Below are positions 35,851 to 48,997 of a stretch of DNA of 64,000 nucleotides, piece by piece. This DNA is from Phoronis australis (lineage: Eukaryota; Animalia; Phoronida). The stretch spans positions 1,175,805 to 1,239,804 of the forward strand of contig NMRA01000040.1 of assembly GCA_002633005.1 (NCBI GenBank). Reading direction: 5' to 3'. Each line of letters begins with the position of its first letter. Positions within the stretch are counted from its first letter, which is position 1. The notes under the pieces were generated by a model. It worked only from the letters and a program-made list of their open reading frames with translations. It did no database searches and was not told where the DNA came from. The position numbers were made by a program, and so were the translations under genes.

Positions 35851-37769
35851 ATGCTGCATCGTCTGGTTAAAACGCCACCTATTAGCCAGAATAATAGTAA
35901 CACCATTAGCCAAGCTGAAGTCCGTGAGCCAGAGACAGACGCAGTTTCGCTAACTCTGGTAAGTTTTATTTTAAATTCCAGTATTATTTTTTCTGAGTTG
36001 TGCTTGGACAGTAAGTAACAAATTTGCAGAACCTGCTGGACATTATACTGGGTACACAGATTATAGCTGACCATTGAATGTAGGGTATTTTGGTATCACC
36101 TTTGTGTGCAAAATTGTTAAAGTTACTGAAAATCTCATTATCATCAAGTGATGAATTCTGATTCAAAGTGTGAGGTCTTCCCCACAGCTTTCGTTTGGCT
36201 CATCAAAAACACTAGTGTCCGACAGGTGTCAGACATGTGAGCATTGACCTCAGTGACTAGTATAAGGCTAATTGTCAAACTTCGTGAACAACCTGTTGAT
36301 TAGAATCGCTCCCATGTCCAGACACTATTTATCATTACAGACTCATATATCACTGCTGAGCATGCGCAGTGTCTTTTCTCTTCCCTCCACGTTTCATAGT
36401 GTGTAGTTTGTAGACGTGTATTTTATAGCTCTCAATAAATTAGTTATGGATAACAAATCAACACAACCCCCCCCAAAATTAAATATTGGCATACCGTATT
36501 ATTCTAAAAAACCCTCGACCCTCTTGACCCTCGACCCATGGCCTCCAACCCCCTCGACCAAGTGACCCAGCTCCACTCATTCTGATCATAGAACAAGCAC
36601 TGACTTGCAGGACCAATGAATTGGGCGGTGAGCTTGGCTGGCTTTTCCCTGTTTTTTGCAATTAAGAGAGTCAATTCGGCAAGTTTGAAAGACAAAAACA
36701 GAAAAAAAAACAATGCGACCAAATCAAATCAAAGACCTACCAAAGTTACAAATGTCGTGCCGTCGTGTAATAGTCTCGTATGCTCTTCAGTGAATGGCAG
36801 ATTCAACATTTTTTGCGGAGAGTGCGAGGAACTGTCAAAACATTAGTAAATATGTTTTGAAAAAACAAACGGTTAACTAAAAAGTATTTTAATGTTATAT
36901 GAAGAATATTGTACACGAGTATACAGCAGAAAGCTAAAAATAAAAATGTGAAATTATGTACATTCACGTTAACGAACTCCCTCCTTAAGTTCAGTAGAGC
37001 TGGGCAGCCGCTCGTGGAGTTATTTCCGTGACAATGGTAGCGCACTTACAGGCACCAAGGAGTGTACGAAGAATAGGAGAGTTCACTGATCAGTGTCGTA
37101 GAAAGCTTTGCAGCCATCGGGGTTAAACTGTGGCAACCGACATAGGTGTGATGCCGGGGACAGTCAAGAAAAGTACTGCGAAATAAGAGAGAAATTCAAG
37201 AGAACACTTGACAACTGAGTGTCAGTGCAAGGTTTACTTTTTTAGGGCCCTGGCCAGGACATTGTTGTTAGGGTATGTCAGTGTTTTTGCAGCACAGGTC
37301 GTCTAAACACACTTGAAAATGTGTACTTAATCATTCATATACATGTATGTTTCTGAAAAATCAAGAAAATTTGTAAAGCGGAGCTATTGCGAAGCATATT
37401 AGTAAACTTTTAAATTCGGTGAGACAATTTTGCGAATGCAAATCTATATGTTTTTTTCCAGAGGCCGCTCTTAGACAAGGGATAATGAAGACAACTGTTG
37501 CTTTATTTTTTTACTCAAAATTGTGTATCACTTAAGAATAATAGGTACCTTTGAAATGAACAAAAATACACCTTAATACGAAACCCCCATCTCCCATGTT
37601 TCCCCAGTTACCCATCAAAAATCTGCGAGCATGCCTGTGGAAATTGCTAACATTCCGTTTTGATATATAAATTCACTGGTTTCTGGTTTACATGTTTATG
37701 GAGAATAGGTTAGTCAGTGGTCTCTAGAGGCATTGCAGTATAAGATAATCACTTACTTATAGAGAGGGT

Positions 37770-38240
37770 GTAGATTGGGTAGACGTTTCAACCTGGTCCG
37801 CCAGGTCTTTATCAATGAGTAAGGAGTTTCCCGCCTTTTGCTGGTTAAGAATATTCGATTACTCGGGAGCCTGAGGTAAGTGGAGACCTCGGTCCCGGTT
37901 CAAGAGAGGGCACTGAGTGCTGATGTTTATGGACTCTTCTAACTTGAGAGCATACCAATTCTGTTCTTTGGCTAAGATCTTGGATGATGCAAGGGAGATG
38001 GAATGTCCAGTTGCCAATATGTGTTACCCCACAGCTGTGGGTCTGTCTAGTTTCTGGTGTTCTTTGAATCTGGTTAGGAACGGTCTCTTGGTTTCTCCAA
38101 TGTAGGTGTGGTTGGGATCCTAGTCACATTTCAGCTGGTATATGACCCCACATTGTTTTGCCATCATGGTTGGGTCTTTGGGTCTGACTAGTAAGGAACG
38201 AAGAGTGTTGATGGGTTTCATATAGGAAGAAATTCCTTAT
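37770..38240 (-). pseudogene. Second Penelope-like element relic (GIY-YIG end and 3' region)
   Basis: Minus strand KPINTLRSLLVRPKDP...GVIYQLKCD*DPNHTYIGETKRPFLTRFKEH...TAVG*HILATGH...KILAKEQNW. Confidence 0.88.
37778..37820 (-). ncRNA. Degenerate minimal type I hammerhead ribozyme of the Penelope-like element
   Basis: Minus strand TTGATAAA-GACCTGG-CGGA-CCAGGTT-GAAACGTC: stem II, GAAA box, palindromic ACGT helix III and GUC site; the CUGANGA box has two substitutions. Confidence 0.6.
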
Positions 38241-38281
38241 ATTCTGCAAGTGTGTTGTAAGTGATTATCTTATACTCTGCT

Positions 38282-38879
38282 AAATCACAATCAAGGTACA
38301 TATTCCAGAGTTAACTGTGTTACGGTCTAAGATAATTTTTTTTGGTCTCTTACCAAATTCCAACTGAATCTCACGTGCAAAGAGTTATTTAGTTGCGCAA
38401 ACTAAAAAAAGAATCATCAAAATCGGACAATGTTTAAGAAATCTATGCATGTTTTTGTCTATGAATTTCATGCATTTTTAGCGTTACGAGTGGCCATTTT
38501 AAAAATTACAATTTTCAACTGTCAACAGTAGAAAAGAAATTTATTTTGTTAAGTAAGCAATTGCTTTGATATGACTGGGAATAACTTGAGTCACTTTCAG
38601 AATCACTTAGACAAAGTTGTGCTTAATCATTGAGAAATGGTATGGTTCATCATAAAACAGGCACTCGTTACGAAATTTGTGAATTCTGTGTTTCTAACCC
38701 TCACCTACTGTAAAGAAGGTTAAAGACTTAAGTTCACACTCTGTAATAAAAAGGTTCATGTGCAAAAATATTTTAGATTACACACCTGGAATGATGGTAC
38801 TTCAAAATAACCCAGCTTTACAGTTATACGACAACCTTCATTTTTCTCCAAAACTGAATATGGAACTTGATTGTGATTT
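38282..38879. mobile_element. MITE-like element
   Basis: Imperfect TIRs AAATCACAATCAAGGTACATATTC / GAATATGGAACTTGATTGTGATTT. Confidence 0.55.
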
Positions 38880-39379
38880 GCTGGATATTTGCAATTACAT
38901 GTTTATGTATCTACAAAAATGATAGATCCATAAACGATTTTCATCAATTAAGTGCTAATCTTGTAAGTATTGATGTTTCAGTGAATTAAGTTGAAGTCTG
39001 ATGTTGGAAAAACTCTATAATCTAATCCCCAAAAAGTGAAGTACACTTAGACGATTTTTGTCTATCTAAAATAACTCTCTAAGACAATGATGAACTTCGG
39101 ATAGTTCCCAAAAATGTACTCGCAATTCAAATAGCAATAAATGCATTGCTGTTTGACTTAGGTACAAGATAAGTGTAATGGTCCCAGCCTTGCGGCTTAA
39201 AGACGCCTGATGTAGTGCAAAAGGCTTGACTTAGATTCAAGATTAGTGTAAAGGGCCCGGCCTAATGCGGCCTGAACACGCCTGATGTACCGCAAAAGGC
39301 ATCAGGTCACCTGTACTCTTTTTTAGGTACAAGATTTGTCGTTTAAACTCACAAACACGAATCAAAAAGGAATTGAGTC

Positions 39380-41262
39380 GTAAAACCAAGGTAAACACAT
39401 TCACTCGTGCTGGGGTGCCATTTTGAACAGGATGAGCAACTGACCTGAATTTTTGCATGTGAATTCTCTAAGGTATGCTCTTTCATATGACCTGTAGCAA
39501 TTTTTTTCTTAGACTTACCGTTTTTGAGTTATTTGCATTTGAATTTCAAAAAAACCTGCTAAATTTGAAATTTTTTGAAAACCACGGAATTTTGTAAATC
39601 TACACCATTAGATAGAATTTTGAATGGGCTTTCTGAAGATGCTTTCCATTTTTCGCTAGGACCTCTACTTTTAGAATTATTTGAGATTTTCTGATAAGAC
39701 TGTTTCTTTGTTGACCATTTTGCTGCACTGTTGTTGGTTTACCTTCCATTGAACAAGACTAGCCTATTCCTTAATGATTTCTGACATCTTTGTTTGTTGT
39801 ATGATTGTTATCATCATGTTCATCATCGTCATCATCATCGTCGTCATCATCATCACCATTAAGGCCTTTTTAGTTATGTTCGCCAAGTGTCACTCCTCTA
39901 AGCACTTTCATTTCAATTGTTGCTTTCTTTCTCTTTATTTTGGAAAGTTAATCATTAATTAGCTTGTGTCGAACACAGCAGAATTTTTTGGTCAAAATCG
40001 ACTCGCATATGCCGAAGATATGCTTACATATCCATGAAGAGTTTCATTGAAGAACAGCACTGTGTGTGACATGGCATACAAATAGTGTCATCACCCTGAT
40101 TTGAGTTTCCAGTTGTGTAAATAGATTGGGCACTAGTAACCTATCTGACCTACGCTTGTAGACAGGCTAGTAATTACAATTCTGTTATCCATTTCAATAC
40201 AAAACATCAATATCAGTCAAAATATTATTTCACAGAAAGTTTCTAATGAATTACGAATCCCGATTTTCTGATAGCGCTGTTCCTTTGTTGACAGCTCTGC
40301 ACTGATGTTGGTTTAGCTTCTGTTGAATAAGACCAGGCCGCATTTTTCAACGTGCAGGGCTGAAAATTGGTACGATTGTTATAGCACACAAGCATCACAA
40401 CTGCACCGTAAATCTTTAACTTCCAGTTAAAGATGGCGGAAATATCGGCATTGGCACATGCGCACCTCGGTTAGTGGCCGAAAACGTTTTTTTCCTGTAG
40501 AGGGCGCATTGGCAAACCAATCACTTTCAAACTGGTCATGTGTTTGTTGAGTTTAATAAGCTTTTATAAAAAATTATTGAACCGAAAGTCACTTTCAAGA
40601 TGGCGGCTGTGGCGCATTTTCACCCTTTTCAATCTTTCTAAGGTCGCATTTTTAACGGGAAGAGCAAATGACGTGAATTTTTGCATGTGGATTCCTCGAA
40701 GTATGCTCTTTCAAAAGTTCTGAAATAACATTTTTCTCAGACTTACCGTTTTTGAATTACTTTGAATTTCAAAAAAACGCAAAATTTCAATTTTTTGAAA
40801 AAATTATGGAATGTTGCGAAACTATCAATTTAGATAGAGTTTGAAGTGGGCTTTCAGAAGATGTTTTCCATTTTTCGCTAAGATGTCTACTTTTCGAATT
40901 TTTTGAAATTTTCTGATAGCGCTGTTCCTTTGTTGAGCGATCTTACTGCATTGATGTTGGTTTAGTTTATTTGAACAAGACTGTAGTGTATTTCTTACTA
41001 ATTTATGACATCTAAGTTCGTCTTATGAATGTTATCATGTTCATTATCTCCGCCTTCATCGTCACGATCGTCGTCGTCGTCCTCCTCATCATCCTGTTTT
41101 CGCGTAATTTCGCCAAGTGTCGCTCCTCTGAGTGCGACGTGTGGATCAGAAAGTCCTGGAAGCCTATTGTTTTTGGTCATAATCGGATTCAAAATGGTGG
41201 ACGGGGCGGCCATTTTGTTTCCGATTTCGAATTCAAATGCTCATAGAGGCCGCATTTTTTTG
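39380..41262. repeat. Complex repeat with long (~0.7-1.2 kb) diverged units, left block
   Basis: Recurrent TTTTTGCATGTGGATTC, CTCAGACTTACCGTTTT, GGGCTTTCAGAAGATGTTTTCCATTTT, AAGATGGCGG and (TCA/TCG)n segments, shared with 48990-51655. Confidence 0.8.
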
Positions 41263-41264
41263 AG

Positions 41265-44200
41265 TTGAAACTTCCGTTATAAAAATGAACTAAAGTTTTC
41301 ATCGAAAAACTTAAGTTTTTGGTCTGAAAAACCTAAGTTTTCATTCAAAACTTAAGTATTTTGGAACAAGTTTTTTGGAACGAACATAAGTTTTCATAAC
41401 TTAAGTTTTTCAAAAACTTAAGTTTTCTGCAAACTTAAGGTTTAAAAACTTAAGTTTGTTCCAAAATACTTAAGTTTGTGGAAAACTTAAGTTTCAAAAA
41501 CTTTGGAAGAAGTTTCTAGTAACAAACATAAGTCATCAAAACTTTAGTTTTTGAAAACTAAGTTTTCCGAACATGAGTTTTCAAAGAACTAACTTTTGAA
41601 AACCGAAGTTTTCTAAAAGCAATAAGTTTCAATAGGACAGGCATTCTAAAATTTCGATTTTCACTAAAACAAGAGTGGAGTACGGTAACAAATTTAATGA
41701 TTCTCATAAAGATTTAATTAGCTAGAGTTCTATTAACATTTCATTAACAGTGATTAATAGCAGAAAATAAAATGCACTTCCTAAAATACACTAGTTCCTT
41801 AAAATAAGTGAACATAAGTGAAATATCAAAATCTTAAAAACCAGAAACATTTCAAAAATCAGTTCAATTAGTGTCATGCATACAATTCAGTGAAAACTAA
41901 ATGAGGCTAATAATATGTTCATATGGTCATATTCTCAGTCTATGACAATTAAGCGATAACTGAGGGAGCAAAATGGAATGTACAAACAGAGAAATCATTA
42001 CCAAATCATGAAACACAACCAAAGAAAATGTGATTACATAGCCAGGAAGGACTACAACAAAAGTCTACGTTTCAACAGCACAGACTTTTCCAACTAAAAT
42101 TACAGCAATGTCACCAAGAATAACAAATCACTTACCGTAAACGTTTGCGTTAACGCCCATGCTCAGTTAACCGCCCACCCCCTACTTTAGTTGGATTTTC
42201 AATTCAACCGTCCACTGCTCGGTTAAGCGCCCCCTGCGATTTTTGAAGATTTCCAGTTAAGCGCCCACCTCTCAGTTAAGCACCCATCCCCGACTTTTAA
42301 AGAATGAAGATTTAGCGCCCAGTGCTAAGGAAACCTGTGATTCCCCGACTTTTACAAAAAGATAGATGATCACAATGAGCGCAACAACGCCGGACCTCCG
42401 AGACGGTGGTTTAGCAATGTGAATTACAATACAAGTAAGGAGTTATTGTCTTGGGTCATGGACTCACTTCAAAATATAATACTTTAACGTTTTTGTCACT
42501 TTATTTTCTTCCCATGTTTGCAAAGTTTAAGAACGCCGCCGGCGTCAAAACCTCTGCTTTCAGCGACTTTGTCTGCCGCACTGAGTTTCGGTCTGCAGTG
42601 CACTAGATAAAATATATATTCGAAAAAATCAGGCCAGACAAATGTGACAATGATTTTGCCAACCCTCCAAATTCTCTTAAGGTTGGAAGCTGTAGTATTT
42701 TGAAGAAATCTCACAACTCACGAAAAGATGTCAAATTCTCATTTTGATAAATGTAACTGCCGGGTTATTGAGGATGTGTGGCGACCGAAGGGACAGTACA
42801 AGTGCCTTACTGGGTTACCGATTTCGTTGCTGCCTATCGATTTCTGAATTCAAAGGTTGGAAATAATTTATGTTTGTGTATGATCTTGAAGTAATAAAAA
42901 ACTGCTAGTGAAATTTTGTTTTTCGCTTATTGCATCTCAGTCAAACTGACGTTAGCAGATTTAACTAATGTCGTTGGCTGTTCTTTATTTTTTCTTGCGT
43001 CAGCCCCCGTGACAGTGTGAATTATGGTTTCCTCATTCCCTTTTTAGCCATCCAGAATAATTTTGTTTATACATTGGCCAGTTCCAGCCTGAACAAAAAT
43101 TCTTACCATTCGAGTCTGAAATATCCACGGCATAGATTGACTGAAAATTGGCAGTAGTGGGTAGGAGGTGCACGCAGCTAGCTACGGGCATGGGCTTAGG
43201 GAGCATGAAGCCGGGAAACATCCGAAGAACTGGGTCTTTTGTAACAACCGGTTAAAAGTACATAGTCACGCCCGTTCAGTCTGTTCCTTAGAATTGTCGC
43301 TATTCTATTTTGATGTGTGACTTGGTAGTGGTGTACGTGCGCAAGTTCCCACACTTTGGAGTGCATGTTACCTTGACATCAACGTGTGATTGACAGGTGA
43401 CTCACACGTAGGCCCTACGTGCATGCTGAATCCCGCCGCTATTGCGGCCATAAACAACGAGATGCATATTGAAAGAGGCTGTTATATTACTTGACGGCAT
43501 TTCCAAATCACGATTGTCAGCCGACTGAGACATTGCGCGCTAACAGTGGTACCGAACAGTGCCGCAGTGCGATATTGTAGGTGATGTAAATAGGATCTGG
43601 ACATCTTAGATGTAAAATAAATGTTTTTCCACCACGAACTTTGGTAAGGTGATCGTCTAAGAATGAATTGAAACATTGCTGTTTTGTGACGTTTTATCAC
43701 ATATTTATGCCGTGGCTCGAAATTTTGTTCTTGATTGACGAGTGGCTCACGACCGCTTAACCCCGATTCTTGTCTTACTTCTTTGCCGAGCATGTTTTGC
43801 GCAACGGCAAGTGAGCAATGCCGGGCAGTCGAGATAAAACAGCTGGCCGTAGAACCATACGCAGAAAATGTCATTGAGTCACGGAGTGTCGACTATAAAC
43901 ATCCCAAACACAAAAAACATCAAACTTTTATTACAACTGCTCTCCATGAACTTGACAGCTAGCACGAGGTGCACTTTAGCAAGATCACATCTTGAAATAG
44001 TAGCAATCAAAGTTGAGGCTGCGTGGTCACTGATCGTCTGCGCTCTACAGGGCAAAGTAACAAGACCGCAGGACAGCACGGGGCTATTACTCAGCAATTC
44101 TGTAAATTTAATAGTGAATAACTAATCTGAGGGCAATAGGACCTTTGTTGGGATCATCCGCTGTTATGACATGTTTTTGTCATGTGGCGAGGTGACGTTA

Positions 44201-47200
44201 AAGCTCTTTGAAAAATGCTACAGGTTCCGAGTACGTGTGTGCTGTGGGGACTCAGATCACGAGGTAAGATTAACCGCCCAGGGCGGTTGCTTGTCGTAAT
44301 AAGCGCCTATGTTCAGTTAACCGCCCACCCTGAATTTCTTGAAATTTCACGTTTACGCACCCATGTCTGGTTAACCCCCCACCCCCGATTTTTTGGGTTT
44401 GCCAATTTAACCGCCCAGGGCGTTAACCCGAAAATTTACGGTAATATGCAAAATCCAAGAATATCCGCAGAGACAAAAGCATAACATAAAGTGTAACAGG
44501 TAACTAAAAGTTTGTCGACAATGGCCACAGATCTGATTTTGGGAAGTACAATCCTTATGCTAGAAATAGTGCCTAGAATCACCTATCATTGTTTTCAACA
44601 ATCATAATAACAGTAAATCCAATACACTCAATGGTGCGAACAAATTTTACTAAAAGTAACCCTAAGTACAACCTGGTTATACGAGATGGAAATTAGAAAA
44701 CTTAGACCTTTGACCACAAAAATATTCTTTTTCCTTTAATTTAAAGCTACTGAACTACATACACATATCTATAGGGCCTTTCATACTAACATCGATGCGT
44801 CAAAGTTTTTTGGGAGTTAATGTCAGTATGAACGCTTAAACTTTGGTTCTGGAAGGAAGTTAATTTCGCACTAAATATGTGGATTTAAGTACTTAGCGTC
44901 AACGCTGCCACGCAGTATAAACGATCAACTTCAGTCTTATCGAAGTTATTGCCAGGGGCCACTGTTATCATTAACATTGCATCGTAGTGTGATGGCTAAT
45001 AGTTGCTTATACCTTGCTCTAATAATCACCAATCAATTTAAAAATAAGTTTTATATCAATTAACACATGTAAATGTTTCCAAATTGCCACATCTTAGCGT
45101 GCAGTGCTACCTTCGATCATGACAGTGTCACCTACTGTTTACTTCGAAGTTCATTAACTACCGAAGGCAGAATGAACGGTCCAGTTAACTTCGCAGTATA
45201 CGTCGATGTTCCGCTCAGACAAGAGTTAAGTCAATGTGAAAGGGCCCCATGCTAGACCACAAGCCACTTAATCTTCTTTAGCTGGATCTGCTCGCTTAGC
45301 TTCACAGGCAAATAATCCATGTTTTGTGACTACAAATGAGCGTTTCTGAGCTCAGATAACTGAATTCATAGGTTCATGAGCTGCAGTTCGTAATTGCTTA
45401 CGTTGTGTTGTCTGGGTAGCCTTCCTTATCCAAGGATTGTTGAAGGCACACTCTGCAATAAAGACAAATTTTAATAACAGACGGGTAAACGGTATCAGTA
45501 TAAGACAACTTAACTTACTGGACATTTACCGTGCTGTTCATACAACACTGATTTGTAAAACTTCCTGACTTATATACAGAGCCTAGAAAATAGTCTTCAA
45601 ACTCAAAATTTAACCAATCACTCTCCAGGATTCAAGTGCAAGACTAGTCTGCAAGTTTACTCCTAGCATGCAATGCAGTGGGTCAGTTTTCCACATACTG
45701 TTTTGAATGAAGTTTTAATCCTGGATTCGTGACATTAAAAGCAATTTTATTCTACACAACTTGAATACAAAACATGCACATGGTCACCTACCATGCTATC
45801 ACAATCTAGAACAAACTGTGCATATGACAAAACTTAGTGTGTTAATAAAAGTTGGACTTCAGGCTAACCAGGTATTGTGTTCTGTAACTTTTTAGTTCAA
45901 GTTCTATGACAAATTAATTAATATTTTTATCAAATGATGAAACTGTTGGCAACTGCAATAAACTACAATTCCCATTATTTTTATGAACTTTTCATTGTGT
46001 AATTCGTTAATCTGATGAGACAATGCACAACTCTACATAATGAGCAGAACTAGTTGTATTCTAACTAGCTGTCTCCAGCCAGTACAGAACTGAAATGTCT
46101 TCTTACTAATGTTTCATGGACATTTAGCCGGCACAACCAGGATTAGAACTGAAAGTTTAATTTTACATGTATACTTCCGCGTGTACTTTTTGAAACTTAT
46201 AGCAAAACCAAGAAGCTTTACATTGACTTCACCAATTGGCTACAAAAATCAGTGAGCTTGTTAAAGATTATAAGCCCAATTCATTGGCTAAACCAAGGAC
46301 AATTTCATATTGTTTCAAATTCTAACCCTGATAGCAGCTACCACCCCTGGGTGATTGTTTCGATGCAAATGTTTGGATGTCTAGTTCTTCCAAGTACTCC
46401 GCCAAGTTAATAGAGACCTGAAAACAATGAGATATTAGCAAACACAACGGTATGTGATAGTTTCTTAAGAATCCAGACATATTCCATTTACAGGGAATGT
46501 TCTCCAAGTAAAGATCAGGGGCGGTCGGGCGGATCCAGGATTTTGAGTTGGGGGGTTAAGGCAGAGTATTAGGTAGGGTTTTGCCCATCAGACATTCTCC
46601 CCCTGCCCCCTGCCTCCAAATGACAAAAGATCTTGTAGCGTTTTAGTGGGCTGGGGCCATGTCCCCTTAGCTGTCCTCTGAATCCACCATTGAAGATACT
46701 GGCATGGTCTTCACGAGAGGTCTTACGAAACCATAATAGTTTACAGTAAAAATAAAATTATCTCATGTACTACAGTAAACATAAAAATACTATATCCTGT
46801 ACTCCTACCAATCACTTTACTGGATGACATTTGCAAAGAGATTAAATTGAGGTTCCAAGCAAATTTCTTGAGGGAAAAGAATATGCCCCTACAGACATGG
46901 GGAGATCATTCTTGTCGCTCCATATTCAACTCAACTCAACTCTTAGGTAAAGTTGTACCCAGATTAACTATCACTTTCACAATGACACTGAAATATTTGA
47001 TTTCAATAAAACAAGTCGAACTCGCATTGAATGGGAAAATTTTAAGTCTGAATATGCAACCTTTTGCGACATTCCAGTATTCCACAACACAGTAAAAATT
47101 TGAAAGCATAATGCTCAATCTCAAAGTCAAATCACACAGATTTTCCTTATTTGCATTGAATTATTTGGTGCAATTAGATAAAAATTATGCATGTTTCACT

Positions 47201-48997
47201 GTGCATAACAATTGTTAACATGTTAACTGGTGAGAGTTCACTTGGGTACATTGTGACCTATGCCAGGGAGGTATTCCAGATAGGGTACTATGAGTGGAAT
47301 TGCATTCAATAACCTAGATTCTCCCGACAAACCTGAGCAAATCAGTCAAAATAGGCAATACAATAGTTACATTGGTGATTCTTAATTTTGAGACCCAGGC
47401 ACATGCGCTCACCAAGGGGAGGCTCGAATGAGCATCCCCCACTTGCCAAAGTGGGCATGAAAAGGTCAGCCTCATAGAAAAAAAAAATGAGAAACCGAGA
47501 CACAAGTCCACTAAAAAGCTGTAAATCAGGAATGCACTGTGCACAGCTCTGAATATACCCCGTTTTTTTAGTAAAAGGTCAACATGTCTAAAAATTTGAG
47601 CATCCCCCATATTTTAGGATTGGTGTGTGGATGAGGCAAGTGAACGTTGCAAATTATTGAACTGTCGTGATATGAGATTTCAAAATAAAGAGCTTCCAAG
47701 AATTACTACAAACATAGACATAAGCGCACACACAACCAATGCCAATATACCCAACTTGGGAAATGATTACACTTTGCCTTGGTTGCCGCCCCCCCCCCTT
47801 GCATTGATGCTCACTGACACAACCTCAGAAGACAGAAATATAATAAGAGTAATAGCTTTATGTGAACGTTATGGCTTCCTGTGATGGACCTCCAGAAGTA
47901 TATTACGCGTCAGATGTTTAGATAATTCACACACAGAATGAGTCCATGTCGGCATGTCGGTATGTGACAGCGTGACTCGTGAGTGGCTGACAATAACAAC
48001 TGAACTTAACACCTTCGTTGGAAATCACAGAACCGATTGTGGTCAATAGATTTTAGAACGCTCTCTGACACTAACCTGACTTTCAAAACTTCTGAAATGT
48101 CTTCTTGCTGGCTCTGCTCGTAGTAATATAAACTTCATTGTCGCGGGCTAACACACGACTTTTTCTTCGAGTTCAAACAGTTGACTTCCGGTGGAAACTG
48201 CCTTACAAATACAATCTCAGCACAAAGAAAACTTGCTCAATAACTATGTTTTTTAAAGAATTGCACGAGTTCTATTTATTACATTGTACTGACCAAGTCA
48301 GTGTCTCAGGGGATTAATATTGGGTGCATTCTTACTGCTGTTGGTCACCGGATGTTCGTCTACATTTAAATTCACAAAGACATGAGACAGTGATTATATA
48401 ATTGCACTAATTCTGTACTGACCCGTTTAAACGTTTGTCGTTTTATGGTTTGTATCTATATAAATGTTAAGGAAACATTCGGGCAACATTTTTATGAGAT
48501 GATGGGTTTTGCATGAGCAAGCAATGATTTTTTGTTGGAAAATAATGGGAAAAATTTTGAACCAAAAATTAAATATCTCACAATATTCAAATTTTAAAAA
48601 CTTGAAAATGTAAATTTTCATCACATAGAAACCTTAGTCAGAGTTTTTAGAAAATTCAAGTTTTCCACAAATGAAAAAAATCCAGTTTTTTGAAAAACTT
48701 AAGAAGTCAGGTAAACTTAAGTTTTTAAAATTACAAAAACTTTTTTTTGTCTTAAGTTAAGTTATCAGAAAAACCTTAAGTTTTGTTAGTATAAAAAACT
48801 GAAGTTTTCTTGAAAACTTAAGTTATTACTTGAAACTTAAGTTTATTTGTGAAAACTTAGTTTTACACCTAAAAAATCTTAAGTTTTCTGAAAAACTCAA
48901 GTTCTCTGAAAAACTTAACATTGCGCTGAAAAACTTTAGTTTTTGGCGAAAACTTAGTTTTAAAAACTTAAGTTTCTTTTAAAAACTTTTAGAGGGT
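41265..48997. mobile_element. Putative EnSpm/CACTA-like DNA transposon relic bounded by arrays of AAAACTTAAGTTTT
   Basis: Dense arrays of the palindrome at ~41285-41630 and ~48650-48990; splits the complex repeat into two blocks; right end TTTTAGAGGGTG resembles CAC.CTAAAA termini. Exact ends and TSD not resolved. Confidence 0.55.
42135..44441. mobile_element. Pogo/Tigger-like non-autonomous DNA transposon nested in the EnSpm-like element
   Basis: TIRs CCGTAAACGTTTGCGTTAACGCCC / GGGCGTTAACCCGAAAATTTACGG, TA on both sides (42133-34, 44442-43), subterminal TTAA(G/C)CGCCC repeats. Confidence 0.82.

Noticed and set aside
35140-38240. Two convergent Penelope relics as one element with inverted pseudo-LTRs
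   Set aside because: The two GIY-YIG sequences are clearly different, so they are separate families or insertions
40998-41268. Acidic, Ser-rich or hydrophobic short ORFs (also 39774-39962, 50292-50540)
   Set aside because: Translations of (TCA/TCG)n microsatellite segments in the long-unit repeat
41280-41630. Palindromic repeats with variable linkers, superficially CRISPR-like
   Set aside because: Repeat is only ~14 bp, linkers are a few bases and irregular, context is eukaryotic and no cas genes are present
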